A stretch of DNA of 63,991 nucleotides, filler included, from Candidatus Babelota bacterium (lineage in GTDB: Bacteria > JAGOBX01): the NCBI GenBank assembly GCA_017999075.1. It is 7 parts of 7 records of this genome, joined end to end, with 100 filler letters (N's around TTAATTAATTAA, not from the genome) between each part and the next. Parts side by side here need not be neighbours in the genome. Positions count along the whole stretch, not along the records: positions 19,178 to 28,550 come from JAGOBX010000106.1; positions 28,651 to 37,984 come from JAGOBX010000107.1; 5 more parts are not named here. One strand, given 5' to 3'. The position numbers and the translations under genes were made by a program. Of the stretch, positions 22,160 through 31,800 are shown piece by piece (position 1 is the stretch's first letter; every line of letters starts with the position of its first letter). A model generated the notes under the pieces. It was not told the origin of the DNA. It searched no databases and saw nothing but the letters and a program-made list of their open reading frames with translations.

Positions 22160-22804
22160 ATGAGTTACTGTTCCAAACACACTTCATCTACAAGCATTGG
22201 CAGATGCGGAGATTGCGGCAGAAATATTTGCGGGCAATGCCGCAGATATTATAATGGAACAATGTACTGCAAAGAGTGCAACGAGAGGATATGGTATAAA
22301 AATAACAAACAATTCAAAGATAAACTGAAATACGGGAAATATAAATATAGTTCCGCTCCTGAAAAATCTACATTATTATCAAATTTTTTACAGTTGTTAA
22401 TTATAGGAATTTCCGGATTGATTATATACAAATTGGGATTAAAATACAATATTTTACCTGAAAATTTAGGCGGAACAATGAAAAATACTATTTCTAAAAT
22501 TCAGAATTTTAATCCTAATGATATGTATAACGAAAAACTTACAAAAACGAAATTGAAAAGTTTTAAACGGATTTTTGAAATTTACCGGACTGATAATGGA
22601 AAATATCCGTCGGATTTTAATTCTTTTATTAATGAAATGTTTGAAGAAGACCAGCGCGAACTTAATAAAAAAGATGCGTGGGGAAATGATTTTGTTTATA
22701 AAGTGGATAATTCCAAAGATATATATACTGTAATTTCTAAAGGACCTGACAATAGACTTGACACTGAAGACGATATTCAAGTTTCCAATAAAAAGAAAAA
22801 ATAA
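22160..22804 (+). CDS. B-box zinc finger + TM + GspG-like pseudopilin head
   Basis: C..H......C..C....C..C......YC..C; TM; YR.DNG.YPS, DAWGN.F.Y, SKGPD...TEDDI. Confidence 0.75.
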   Translation: MSYCSKHTSSTSIGRCGDCGRNICGQCRRYYNGTMYCKECNERIWYKNNKQFKDKLKYGKYKYSSAPEKSTLLSNFLQLLIIGISGLIIYKLGLKYNILPENLGGTMKNTISKIQNFNPNDMYNEKLTKTKLKSFKRIFEIYRTDNGKYPSDFNSFINEMFEEDQRELNKKDAWGNDFVYKVDNSKDIYTVISKGPDNRLDTEDDIQVSNKKKK

Positions 22805-22812
22805 TAAGCTGT

Positions 22813-22839
22813 GAACTTTTATCCGGTAATTTAATCTAA
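22813..22839 (+). promoter_or_regulatory. sigmaE/ECF autoregulatory promoter
   Basis: GAACTT-N16-TCTAA directly upstream of the ECF sigma gene. Confidence 0.75.
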
Positions 22840-22859
22840 AATATAATCAGGACAGATTT

Positions 22860-23441
22860 GTGGTTAATGAAATTTCGCGGAATGAAAGGTTATTAATAGA
22901 AAAAGTTAAATCAGGCGATACAGAATCGTTTATGATTTTGATAGAACCATTCCGTGATAAACTGTTCAATTTTCTTGCTGCCAAACTTAAAGATGATGTG
23001 GTTTCTGAAGATATTTTACAGACTGCTTTATTGAAGGCGTTTGAAAATATAGAAAAATTTGAGTTTAAATCATTGTTTTATACTTGGCTTTTTTCTATAA
23101 CTTTTAATGAATTAAGATATTACTGGCGGAAACAGAATAAAGTATGCGAAGATTCGATTGAACTTGAAATTTCGGGAAATTTAAAAATTTCCGATACATT
23201 ATCTGACACCAAAACAAATATTCAGGAAGAATTAGAAATGCGTGAACTTCAAAATCATGTTTATGATTCTGTTTTAAAATTGCCTGATATGTACCGGGAG
23301 ATAATTTTGTTGAGATATTATGATAAACTTTCATACGAAGAAATAGCGTCAACATTAAAACTTAATATTGGAACAATTAAATCGCGTCTTGCAAACAGCC
23401 GCGATAAACTTAAAGAGATTATTGACATTAATTTTTTGTGA
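22860..23441 (+). CDS. ECF sigma-70 factor (RpoE/SigW-like)
   Basis: Region 2 EDILQ..L..F....F.TWL..I..N; region 4 LP..YREIILLRY...LSYEEIA..L....GTIKSRL..R. Confidence 0.92.
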   Translation: MVNEISRNERLLIEKVKSGDTESFMILIEPFRDKLFNFLAAKLKDDVVSEDILQTALLKAFENIEKFEFKSLFYTWLFSITFNELRYYWRKQNKVCEDSIELEISGNLKISDTLSDTKTNIQEELEMRELQNHVYDSVLKLPDMYREIILLRYYDKLSYEEIASTLKLNIGTIKSRLANSRDKLKEIIDINFL

Positions 23442-24778
23442 TAATTATGGAATGTAAGAATATAAAATTTAAAATTGTCGATTATATTGAAAATAATTTG
23501 ACTCAAATCGAAAAAAAACAGGTTGAGAATCATTTGGAAAAATGTTTATCCTGTAGAAATTATTATGATTCTCAGAAAAAAATGGATAAATTGCTTCAGA
23601 AAGCATTTAATATTTCCGGAGATGCGGATTTGAAAATTTCTGATATTTCAAAATTTAATGAATTGTTAAAATTGCGTCTGGCTGAAAAAAATAATAAACC
23701 TGCTGCAAAAGAAAAATTCAATAAAAATATTTTTAACAGATTCAGAACAGTATTTAAATATGCGGCAATAATACTTATTGTTTTTGGAATGATAGTTATA
23801 AGTTATAAAGAATTGGATAAACAGATTCTTGTTATAAAAACAAAACATAAATTTAATGATTCAATGGGACTGCAATTCGCAGAAAAAGCTGAAATACAAA
23901 GAAAAGAATCTGTTCAGGGTTCAGATAAATTAGAAAATAATTTGAAAAATAAATTAGAAACAGAAAAATCAGAAGTTGTTTCAGAAAAACAAGTTGTTAA
24001 AAAAACAAATAAAATAATTGCACTCCCATCATCTGAAGTAAAAAAAAATATAAATATTCCAGCGTCCAGGGAAATTGAAATTGCCTATAATTCAAAAGCA
24101 GATTTAAAACCTGCAGATTCTGCGGGTATGGTTGAATTTGATAAAATCAACAAAATTTCCGGGAATGATCAATATTCTATAAGTGAATCAGAACCGGCAA
24201 AAGAAGTTGTTTCAAAAGACATTTCTATGAATTTTGAAGTTCAGGAATCAATTCAAAGCCCTGAATATAAATCAAAATCTAAATATGAAAAAAAGTCAGG
24301 GATAAAATCCTTGAAAACAGAATCTTTGAAAACGGAATCTGCAGAAAAAGTATATGATTCGAAAAAACGAATTGCGGCTTCCAGGATGAATTCAGAAGTT
24401 TCCAGCAGTATGAGAATTGATGCTCTTTCAAGCGACTCAATAACTTATTTTTATTCTCCTGCTTCCGGCAGTAATAACATCAAACCTGTTTTATCCGATA
24501 CACGTATAACTGATTCTGCATCAGTGTCAGTGATAAAGAATAAAATAAAGGAATTTTATAAAAATAGGAAATATAAAGAAACTGTGAATCTGTTTGAATT
24601 GAATAAGGACATATTTAATGATGATACTGAAATTCTTAATGTGACTGCAGAATCATATATGAAACTTAAAAATGAAAAATTTGCTTTGAAAAACTTTCAA
24701 AGATCATTTGAAATAGATAAATCTCAGATTTATATTAAAAACAGGATTAATCAAAATTCTTTAAAAAATAAAGATTAA
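23438..24778 (+). CDS. Anti-sigma factor (zf-HC2, TM, long extracytoplasmic region, C-terminal TPR)
   Basis: HLEKCLSC ZAS motif and TM; adjacent to the sigma gene; likely start Met at 23447. Confidence 0.85.
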   Translation: MIIMECKNIKFKIVDYIENNLTQIEKKQVENHLEKCLSCRNYYDSQKKMDKLLQKAFNISGDADLKISDISKFNELLKLRLAEKNNKPAAKEKFNKNIFNRFRTVFKYAAIILIVFGMIVISYKELDKQILVIKTKHKFNDSMGLQFAEKAEIQRKESVQGSDKLENNLKNKLETEKSEVVSEKQVVKKTNKIIALPSSEVKKNINIPASREIEIAYNSKADLKPADSAGMVEFDKINKISGNDQYSISESEPAKEVVSKDISMNFEVQESIQSPEYKSKSKYEKKSGIKSLKTESLKTESAEKVYDSKKRIAASRMNSEVSSSMRIDALSSDSITYFYSPASGSNNIKPVLSDTRITDSASVSVIKNKIKEFYKNRKYKETVNLFELNKDIFNDDTEILNVTAESYMKLKNEKFALKNFQRSFEIDKSQIYIKNRINQNSLKNKD

Positions 24779-24847
24779 CTTTTTTAACAAAATAATTAGA
24801 TTTGATTTTTGTTGACAATACAGCAAAGAATAATTATATTATTCGTC

Positions 24848-25879
24848 ATGTTGAAAAAAATATTTTTATTATTGCTGATAATTACTGCCGTATCATGTTC
24901 TGGTAAAAAAAATATAACTCCTGCAGTTATAAATAATGCTTCTTACAATGCGGAAGAAAAAAAATCAGGGGAATTGTTGTCAAGAGAGGATAAACTTTTA
25001 AGGCAATACCAGAAAAATCAAAACAACAGCGATGCTATTTATGAACTTGGTAAATTTTATTTTGAAACCAAAAAATATGATTTGCTTTTATATTATATAA
25101 ATAAACTGAGGACAGTTGATAAAAAATTGTATAAAAAAGCAGAAGAAGAGTATATTATTAAAACAAGAGCTGATGTTGAAAAAAATATAAAAGAATATGT
25201 GAAAAATTCGAATTTTGAAAAAGCTGTAAACGAATATACAAGACTGATTAATATGTTTCCTGAGATTTCAAAATATAAATATGAGCTTGCTTCTGTATAT
25301 ATTAAAATTGAAAAAGTACATACTGCTCTTTTATACATAAATGATTTTTTTAAAAATAACCCTGAAGATATTTTTTTGAATGCCGCTCTGGGAGATATTT
25401 ATTATTTTTCTAAAAATTATGAACTTGCAAAAGACTATTATAACCGCAGCGAAGGTATTGAAGAATATTATTTTGAACCTGCTATAAGGAGAGCGCTTAT
25501 ATATGCTAATGAATTGAACCTTGATAAATCTGAAAAGATAATGCTGAATGTTTTTGATTACCACAAGGATAATATTGATGTTATTCATCAGATAGCTAAA
25601 CTGTATTCGAAATTTTATAAGTATGATAAAGCTGTAATATACTATAAAAAACTTATTGAATTTTTTGACGGAGATATAATGATACTGATAAATGCCGGAG
25701 AAACAGCCATTCTTGCCAATGATAATGAGTTTGCTATAAAACTTGCCCAGCAGATTTTAAAACTTGACAATTCGGCAATAACAGGCTGGATGCTTTTGTC
25801 AAAAGCATATACGAATAAAGGCGATTATATGTCCGCTTACAGATGCAATGAAGAAATCCAAAAGTTACGTAAATATTAA
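24848..25879 (+). CDS. TPR-repeat lipoprotein
   Basis: MLKKIFLLLLIITAVS-C lipobox from ATG 24848; multiple TPRs; TTGACA-N17-TATATT (24812-24840) 7 nt upstream. Confidence 0.8.
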   Translation: MLKKIFLLLLIITAVSCSGKKNITPAVINNASYNAEEKKSGELLSREDKLLRQYQKNQNNSDAIYELGKFYFETKKYDLLLYYINKLRTVDKKLYKKAEEEYIIKTRADVEKNIKEYVKNSNFEKAVNEYTRLINMFPEISKYKYELASVYIKIEKVHTALLYINDFFKNNPEDIFLNAALGDIYYFSKNYELAKDYYNRSEGIEEYYFEPAIRRALIYANELNLDKSEKIMLNVFDYHKDNIDVIHQIAKLYSKFYKYDKAVIYYKKLIEFFDGDIMILINAGETAILANDNEFAIKLAQQILKLDNSAITGWMLLSKAYTNKGDYMSAYRCNEEIQKLRKY

Positions 25880-27622
25880 ATGCAAATAGATATCCCTCAA
25901 ATTGATTCTGAGTTAATCAGTCATCTTCAAATATCTACCGGACTTCCGGAAATTGTGTTAAAACTTCTGGTAACCCGCAGCATTAAGACTCCTGAATCAA
26001 TAAGAAAATTCCTGTATCCTGAATTCACGGATTTATATAATCCGTTCCTGCTTAAAGATATGTTGAAATCCGTAAAAAAAATACTGACAGAAATTGCTGA
26101 TGGTTCTAAAATGCTGATTTTCGGAGATAAGGACACTGACGGAATAACTTCAGTAACAATATTGTATAAAACATTGAGAGGGTTGGGAGCAAATGTTGAG
26201 TATATGCTTCCTGCGCCTGATGATAATTATGATTTAAGCGAGAAAGCTTTAAATTATGCTGTAGAAAATAATGTCAAACTTGTTATAACTGTAGATTGCG
26301 GTATTACAGCGTCTGAAATAATAAAAAAGTTTAATGAAAAAAATATAGATGTTATTATTACTGATCATCATGAACCTCTTTCTGAATTGCCGCAGGCTTA
26401 TTCAATTATCAATCCGAAACAGCCTGATTGTACGTATAAATGTAAGGTTTTAGCCGGATGCGGAGTAGCGTTTAAACTTGCTTCTGCTTTGATATTGTTT
26501 GATAGTGTGGATGATTTTAAAACAGAATTTTTTGACAAAAAAATAATTGATAAAAATTATAATTACGTTTTGTTTCTGAAAAAATATCTGCCTGTAGCAG
26601 CTATAGGAACGATAGCTGACGTGGTTCCTATAGAAGATGAAAACCGGATTATAACAAAACTCGGTTACGACCTGATAAAATCAGATGTCCCGGTTTATTT
26701 GGAAGTGCTTTTTGAAAAATTGAATATAACTGAAATAACTGGAGATACTATAGGTTACAGGATAGTTCCTGTGCTGAATGCATCGCGCAGAATGCAGAAA
26801 ATAGGATATTCGCTTGATTTCTTGTTGGAAGAAGATAAATTGAAATTATTTAAAATAGCAGACAGTTTGATTGAACTGAATGAACTTAGAAAAAATAAAA
26901 CAGACGATTTTTTTGAAGTTGCGGTTAAAGATGCTGAAAATCAGGTGGAATCTGAAAAATGTTCGGTTATAGTGCTAAAGTACACTCAGTTTGAACACGG
27001 GGTTACAGGATTAGTCGCAAATAAACTTAAAGAATTATTCAATAAACCAGTATTTATTTTTATTATTGATGATGATGGAATTGCAAGCGGCGCTGGCCGC
27101 GGAGTAGAGAATAATGTGAATCTCCATACTGTTTTAACATATTTCAGTGATTTATTTTTAAAGTTTGGCGGCCATAAATATGCAGTAGGAATGAACATAA
27201 GGGCAGAGTTAATTGAAACATTCAAAAAAAAGATAAATGAATATTTTAAAAATAATCAGATTTTTGATTTAAAACCTGTTATGTTTGCAGATGCATTCGT
27301 GGATATTTCTTTAATAGATTTTGATTTGATAAAGTATATACGGATGTTTGAACCGTTTGGCGCGTCCAATTCAAAACCTGTGTTTTATGGAAATAAATAT
27401 TCAATAACAAGAGTTTATACTATGGGCGCAGAATCGAATCATTTAAATATTTATATAAAATCAGGCAGTAATAGAGAGCAGATAAGGGGAATCGCATGGA
27501 AATTAGGCCATTTAAGCGAAAAACTTAATAAGGAAAAACAAATATCAGCGGTATTTAATATTGAAGAAAACAGATTTAACAATAAAACAAGTATTCAACT
27601 AAAAATTCTAGAAATTTTTTAA
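25880..27622 (+). CDS. recJ: ssDNA-specific exonuclease RecJ
   Basis: GDKDTDG, TVDCG, TDHH, LAGCGVAFK, GTIADVV, GGH..A.G, EPFG..N..P. Confidence 0.93.
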   Translation: MQIDIPQIDSELISHLQISTGLPEIVLKLLVTRSIKTPESIRKFLYPEFTDLYNPFLLKDMLKSVKKILTEIADGSKMLIFGDKDTDGITSVTILYKTLRGLGANVEYMLPAPDDNYDLSEKALNYAVENNVKLVITVDCGITASEIIKKFNEKNIDVIITDHHEPLSELPQAYSIINPKQPDCTYKCKVLAGCGVAFKLASALILFDSVDDFKTEFFDKKIIDKNYNYVLFLKKYLPVAAIGTIADVVPIEDENRIITKLGYDLIKSDVPVYLEVLFEKLNITEITGDTIGYRIVPVLNASRRMQKIGYSLDFLLEEDKLKLFKIADSLIELNELRKNKTDDFFEVAVKDAENQVESEKCSVIVLKYTQFEHGVTGLVANKLKELFNKPVFIFIIDDDGIASGAGRGVENNVNLHTVLTYFSDLFLKFGGHKYAVGMNIRAELIETFKKKINEYFKNNQIFDLKPVMFADAFVDISLIDFDLIKYIRMFEPFGASNSKPVFYGNKYSITRVYTMGAESNHLNIYIKSGSNREQIRGIAWKLGHLSEKLNKEKQISAVFNIEENRFNNKTSIQLKILEIF

Positions 27623-27699
27623 TTTAATATGATATCTTTTAATTTTATCTATATAACATATTGAAAAATAACGTTTTAACCAAAAAACATAAAATTAAT

Positions 27700-27727
27700 T
27701 AAAGTTTTTTTTACCTTTCTCCGATAT
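27700..27727 (+). promoter_or_regulatory. sigma28-like promoter upstream of flgB
   Basis: TAAAGTTT-N12-TCCGATAT. Confidence 0.6.
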
Positions 27728-27751
27728 AAAAAATAGGGAAAGGGAAAAAAA

Positions 27752-28177
27752 ATGTTTAAAAATACTTCTTATAACCAAACTTTTAATATACTGCATAGAG
27801 GTCTTGATTGTACAACATTGAGACATCAGACAATTGCAAATAATATATCAAATGTGAATACTCCTCATTATAAACGTAAAGAAGTTACTTTTGAAGGAGA
27901 ACTTCATAGGGCGTTGTATGGTCCTCAGCCCATACCTGCGGCTGTTACGCATGAGAATCATTTAAGATTTAAAGGTCAGGTTGAATTATCTGAAGTTGTT
28001 CCTAAAGTGAATGTAGAAAATGAAACTTTTATCAGAAATGATGAAAATAATGTTGATATGAATCAGGAAATGGCTGAACTTGCAAAAAATAACTTGAGTT
28101 ATGATTCTTATATTACAAGTATGACAGTAATGGTGCAGCAATTGAAATCAGTACTTCAGAAAGGCGGTAGAGTATAA
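27752..28177 (+). CDS. flgB: Flagellar basal-body rod protein FlgB
   Basis: RHQTIANNISNVNTPHYKRKEVTFE; RNDENNVDMNQEM. Confidence 0.95.
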   Translation: MFKNTSYNQTFNILHRGLDCTTLRHQTIANNISNVNTPHYKRKEVTFEGELHRALYGPQPIPAAVTHENHLRFKGQVELSEVVPKVNVENETFIRNDENNVDMNQEMAELAKNNLSYDSYITSMTVMVQQLKSVLQKGGRV

Positions 28178-28550
28178 TGCAGATATCGTCAGCAGTTAGT
28201 TCTGTAGGATTGAATTCATACCGAGTTAAAAATACAGGATTATTCAGAGCAATCAACAGCGCAGCTTCAGGAATGACGGCTGAAACTTTGAGAATGGATG
28301 TTATTTCAAATAATATAGCAAATGTAAATACTACAAGAACTCCTGAAGGCGGAGCATATAAAAGAAAAGATGTTGTGTTTGAACCGAGAAGTTTTTACGG
28401 TTATGATTTTGATGTTCCGAAAATTGAGAATATGAGTGATTTATATGAACTTGCAGGAACCGGCGTTCGTGTAGTTGATATTGTTGAAGATAAAAAAAAT
28501 CCTATGAGACTTGTTTATAATCCGGATCATCCTGATTCATTTAAATATTC
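28177..28550 (+). CDS. flgC: Flagellar basal-body rod protein FlgC, truncated
   Basis: SGMTAETLRMDVISNNIANVNTTRTPEGGAYKRK; YNPDHPD. Confidence 0.95.
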
Positions 28551-28685
28551 NNNNNNNNNNNNNNNNNNNNNNNNNNNNNNNNNNNNNNNNNNNNTTAATT
28601 AATTAANNNNNNNNNNNNNNNNNNNNNNNNNNNNNNNNNNNNNNNNNNNNTTCAACTAAAAAATAAAAAAAAATAAAAATATAAT

Positions 28686-28712
28686 TTAATTTTTTACTTT
28701 TTTTGCCGATAT
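28686..28712 (+). promoter_or_regulatory. sigma28 promoter of flagellin gene
   Basis: TTAA-N15-GCCGATAT; -10 matches the sigmaD consensus, -35 is weak. Confidence 0.65.
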
Positions 28713-28819
28713 ATATAAATGATATAGGATTTTACTATATTTTGAGGTGATTTTAGTCAATTTTTCGTTAATTTACCTCAAAATTATTAAATTTTTGATA
28801 AAATTATTGAGTTTTTTTT

Positions 28820-28855
28820 AATAAACGGATTTATTTAGGTTTCCACGGACGGAAA
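28820..28855 (+). promoter_or_regulatory. Two CsrA-type ANGGA hairpins in flagellin 5' UTR
   Basis: AATAA-ACGGAT-TTATT (28820-28835) and TTTCC-ACGGAC-GGAAA (28840-28855); the second overlaps the RBS. Confidence 0.7.
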
Positions 28856-28858
28856 AAT

Positions 28859-31800
28859 ATGTTAGTTACAACAAATTTAGGCGCGTATCAATCATTAAGA
28901 TATTTCAACAACACGAATAATGTTGTATCAAAAACATTACAGCGTTTATCTTCCGGATTACGCATAAACTCTGCTTCTGATGATTCAGCAGGATTAAGCG
29001 TTTCAGAAAAATTTAAATCCGACCTTCTTGGTATGCAGCAGGCTTTAAGAAATGTTCAAGAGGGTATTTCAATACTACAAATCGCAGACGATTCATATAT
29101 ACAGGTTCAAAATACTTTAAACAAAATGAAATGCTTGGCTATTCAATCTGCTAACGATACTTTATCTGATGACGAACGCGCTGCTTTAGATAATGAATTA
29201 TTTCAGTATAAAGTTGAATTAGATAGAGTTTTCAGAAGAACTACTTCAGGAAATTATCAGCATATTTTCGGAGAACCTGAAACAGGATGGATGACAAAAA
29301 CAAGTTCTGAAACACCTATAACTTACAATACTTCAAAAACATACAACGAAGGTTATTCGGAAAATTATAGTATAGGAACAAATTTAACAACTGCTAACAT
29401 AAGAGCTGCAAATGCTTCAAATATACTTGGAAAACACCAAGCTATAGATATAGGTACTTCTCAAACTGTTTTTACTGAAAGCACTGGACAATCGGAAACA
29501 TTTCAAACAGGAAGAACAGACACTTTTAATGTTACATCAAACACTCAGACAAAATCAGTAGGAATAACTGAAACAACTTATACTCCAGGAGTTACCGATA
29601 CTTTTACACGCGGTTTAATAGATACTTTTACAGCTGGAAATACAAAAACATGGACTAGAGGAACTCATGAAACTCAATTCATTGATGGTTCTATGAATAT
29701 AAATTTAAGTGTATCTCCCGACACTGCTTCGGTTATTGTAAAAAAAATAACAGGAGCCGGCAGTGAAACATTGACTTTAGGAACAGATTATTCTATTGGA
29801 GGCGGCGGAAACCAGACTATAAATTTTTTCGGAGCAGGAATCAGTAGCGGAGATCAGATTTATGTTGAATATGTGGAAGCAGATGGAAGCAAATTTGATT
29901 TAGGAGAATATGCTGAAACAGATTCTTTTATTGTGAAAGTATCTTCGCTAAATGGCGGGGCTGCTCTTACAGAAGGGGTTCATTATCAAATCACAGATAC
30001 AGGAACAGGACACAGAATAGAATTGCTTGACCCTGCTCCTGCAGGTCCCGGCGGCGGAAATTATATGCTTATAGGAGATAACAACGAAACTCATCATTCA
30101 ATTAATATTCAATATACAAAACAGGATGAAAATAAGTTCACGATTTCAGGAGCAGGAGCAGGAGAAAGAATTCTTGATTATGGAGACGGAGTAACCGGAG
30201 AAGTGGTTAAAACCGTGTCTTCTCTTGAAACTGTAGGTGCAGGAACTATTGCAGCAGGAACGACTTTGGTTAAAGGAACTCATTATATTTTATCAGACGA
30301 CGGAAGCGGAAATTACACCGGAATTGAATTAATTGGAAATTATAAGTTAAAAGGGAATAAAAATGGTGCAGCAGGAACTCAGCAGCAATCTCTAAAAATT
30401 GAATATGTTAGAACAGGAGACAATATAATCACACTAAACAATCCTCTTCTTGATTATGCTGGATCTTCTACTGGTTCGGAAAAAGTTACTTTTAACGGTG
30501 CAACTTTAACAAGAGACACTCATTATACAGTTGCAGGCAATGTTATAACTTTATCTTCTGCATCAAATTTTAAAGGTTCAAACAGTGCTGTCAACAACCA
30601 TAGTTTTAATATAAAATATTTGACTGATGTTTCAGAAAATACCATAGCATTAACTAACGAACCTGCTAACGAATCAGTAATGCAGGTAAGGGTAAACGGA
30701 GCTTTATATGCAGATACTCGTTTTACTCTTAATCAAGGAGCTACTATAGGAACAGTCGAAGGAGACGAAACATTAACTTTTGATGACCCGTGGAAATTAC
30801 GCGGTGGAGATAGTGTAACAATAACTTATATGACTCAGGATCCTTACGTGTGGGATATTATAGAAGCTGATCCTATACTAAGCGGAACTGAAAAAGTATA
30901 TATAAACGGAACTTTAAAAACAGCTGGAACTGATTACACTTTAACTTCTGCAGCTGGCGCTAATCAGATTACTTTTTCAGCAGGGTTGATTACTGGTTCA
31001 TCAACTTTAAGCATTCAATATTTGACAACTTTGGAAAACAGCTTTACTTTAAATCAAAACCCGCTTGATTACTTTACTGGAGCAGGTGTTGACGATAATA
31101 AAAAATGCGGTTCTGAAATAGTTAAAGTTAACGGTGTAACCAAAACTGCAGTTACACACTATAATATTGACGGCAACACTGTATCTTTTCAATATAACTT
31201 GTCGGCAGGTGATGTGGTTACTGTAGAATATGCTCATACAGATCAATTTAATCTTACCGACGGAACTCCTCTAGATTATTACGTAGCTGATAATGATATT
31301 TGCGGGTCAGAAATTTTAAAACTTGGCGGCGTAGAATTAACTGCAGGAGCTGCTAATGATTACACTATTAATGGAACAACTATAGATTTATCCAATACAA
31401 CCATTGTAGGAAATAAATCTGTTTCCATAGAATATGCCGATAACGATACGTTCACTTTACGTGATGAAAGCAGCAATCCCGTAACTCCATTTCTTGATAG
31501 TTTAGAAATTTATGTCGAAGCTGATCCGGTAAAAAAAAATGAAGGAACAGGAGCAGGAGATTGGTGGCATTTTATACCTGATCCTCCTGGAACTGAAACT
31601 AATCAAATTCAATTCAATCCAAACGATGGAACAACTAATGGTCTTCGAGGTCAAAACAGCATTGAAGCGCGATTTATAAAAGTTGCAACACCATTAACAA
31701 TAAATTTAGAAAATAACGCTTTAAATTATGCTACAAATACTGCTGATGGCACTATTTATGATTCAGCATTAGTTTATATTGATAATAATCATAACGGTTC

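Noticed and set aside
24311-24340. Duplicated LKTES coding repeat in the anti-sigma gene
   Set aside because: Simple 15-nt slippage in a low-complexity linker.
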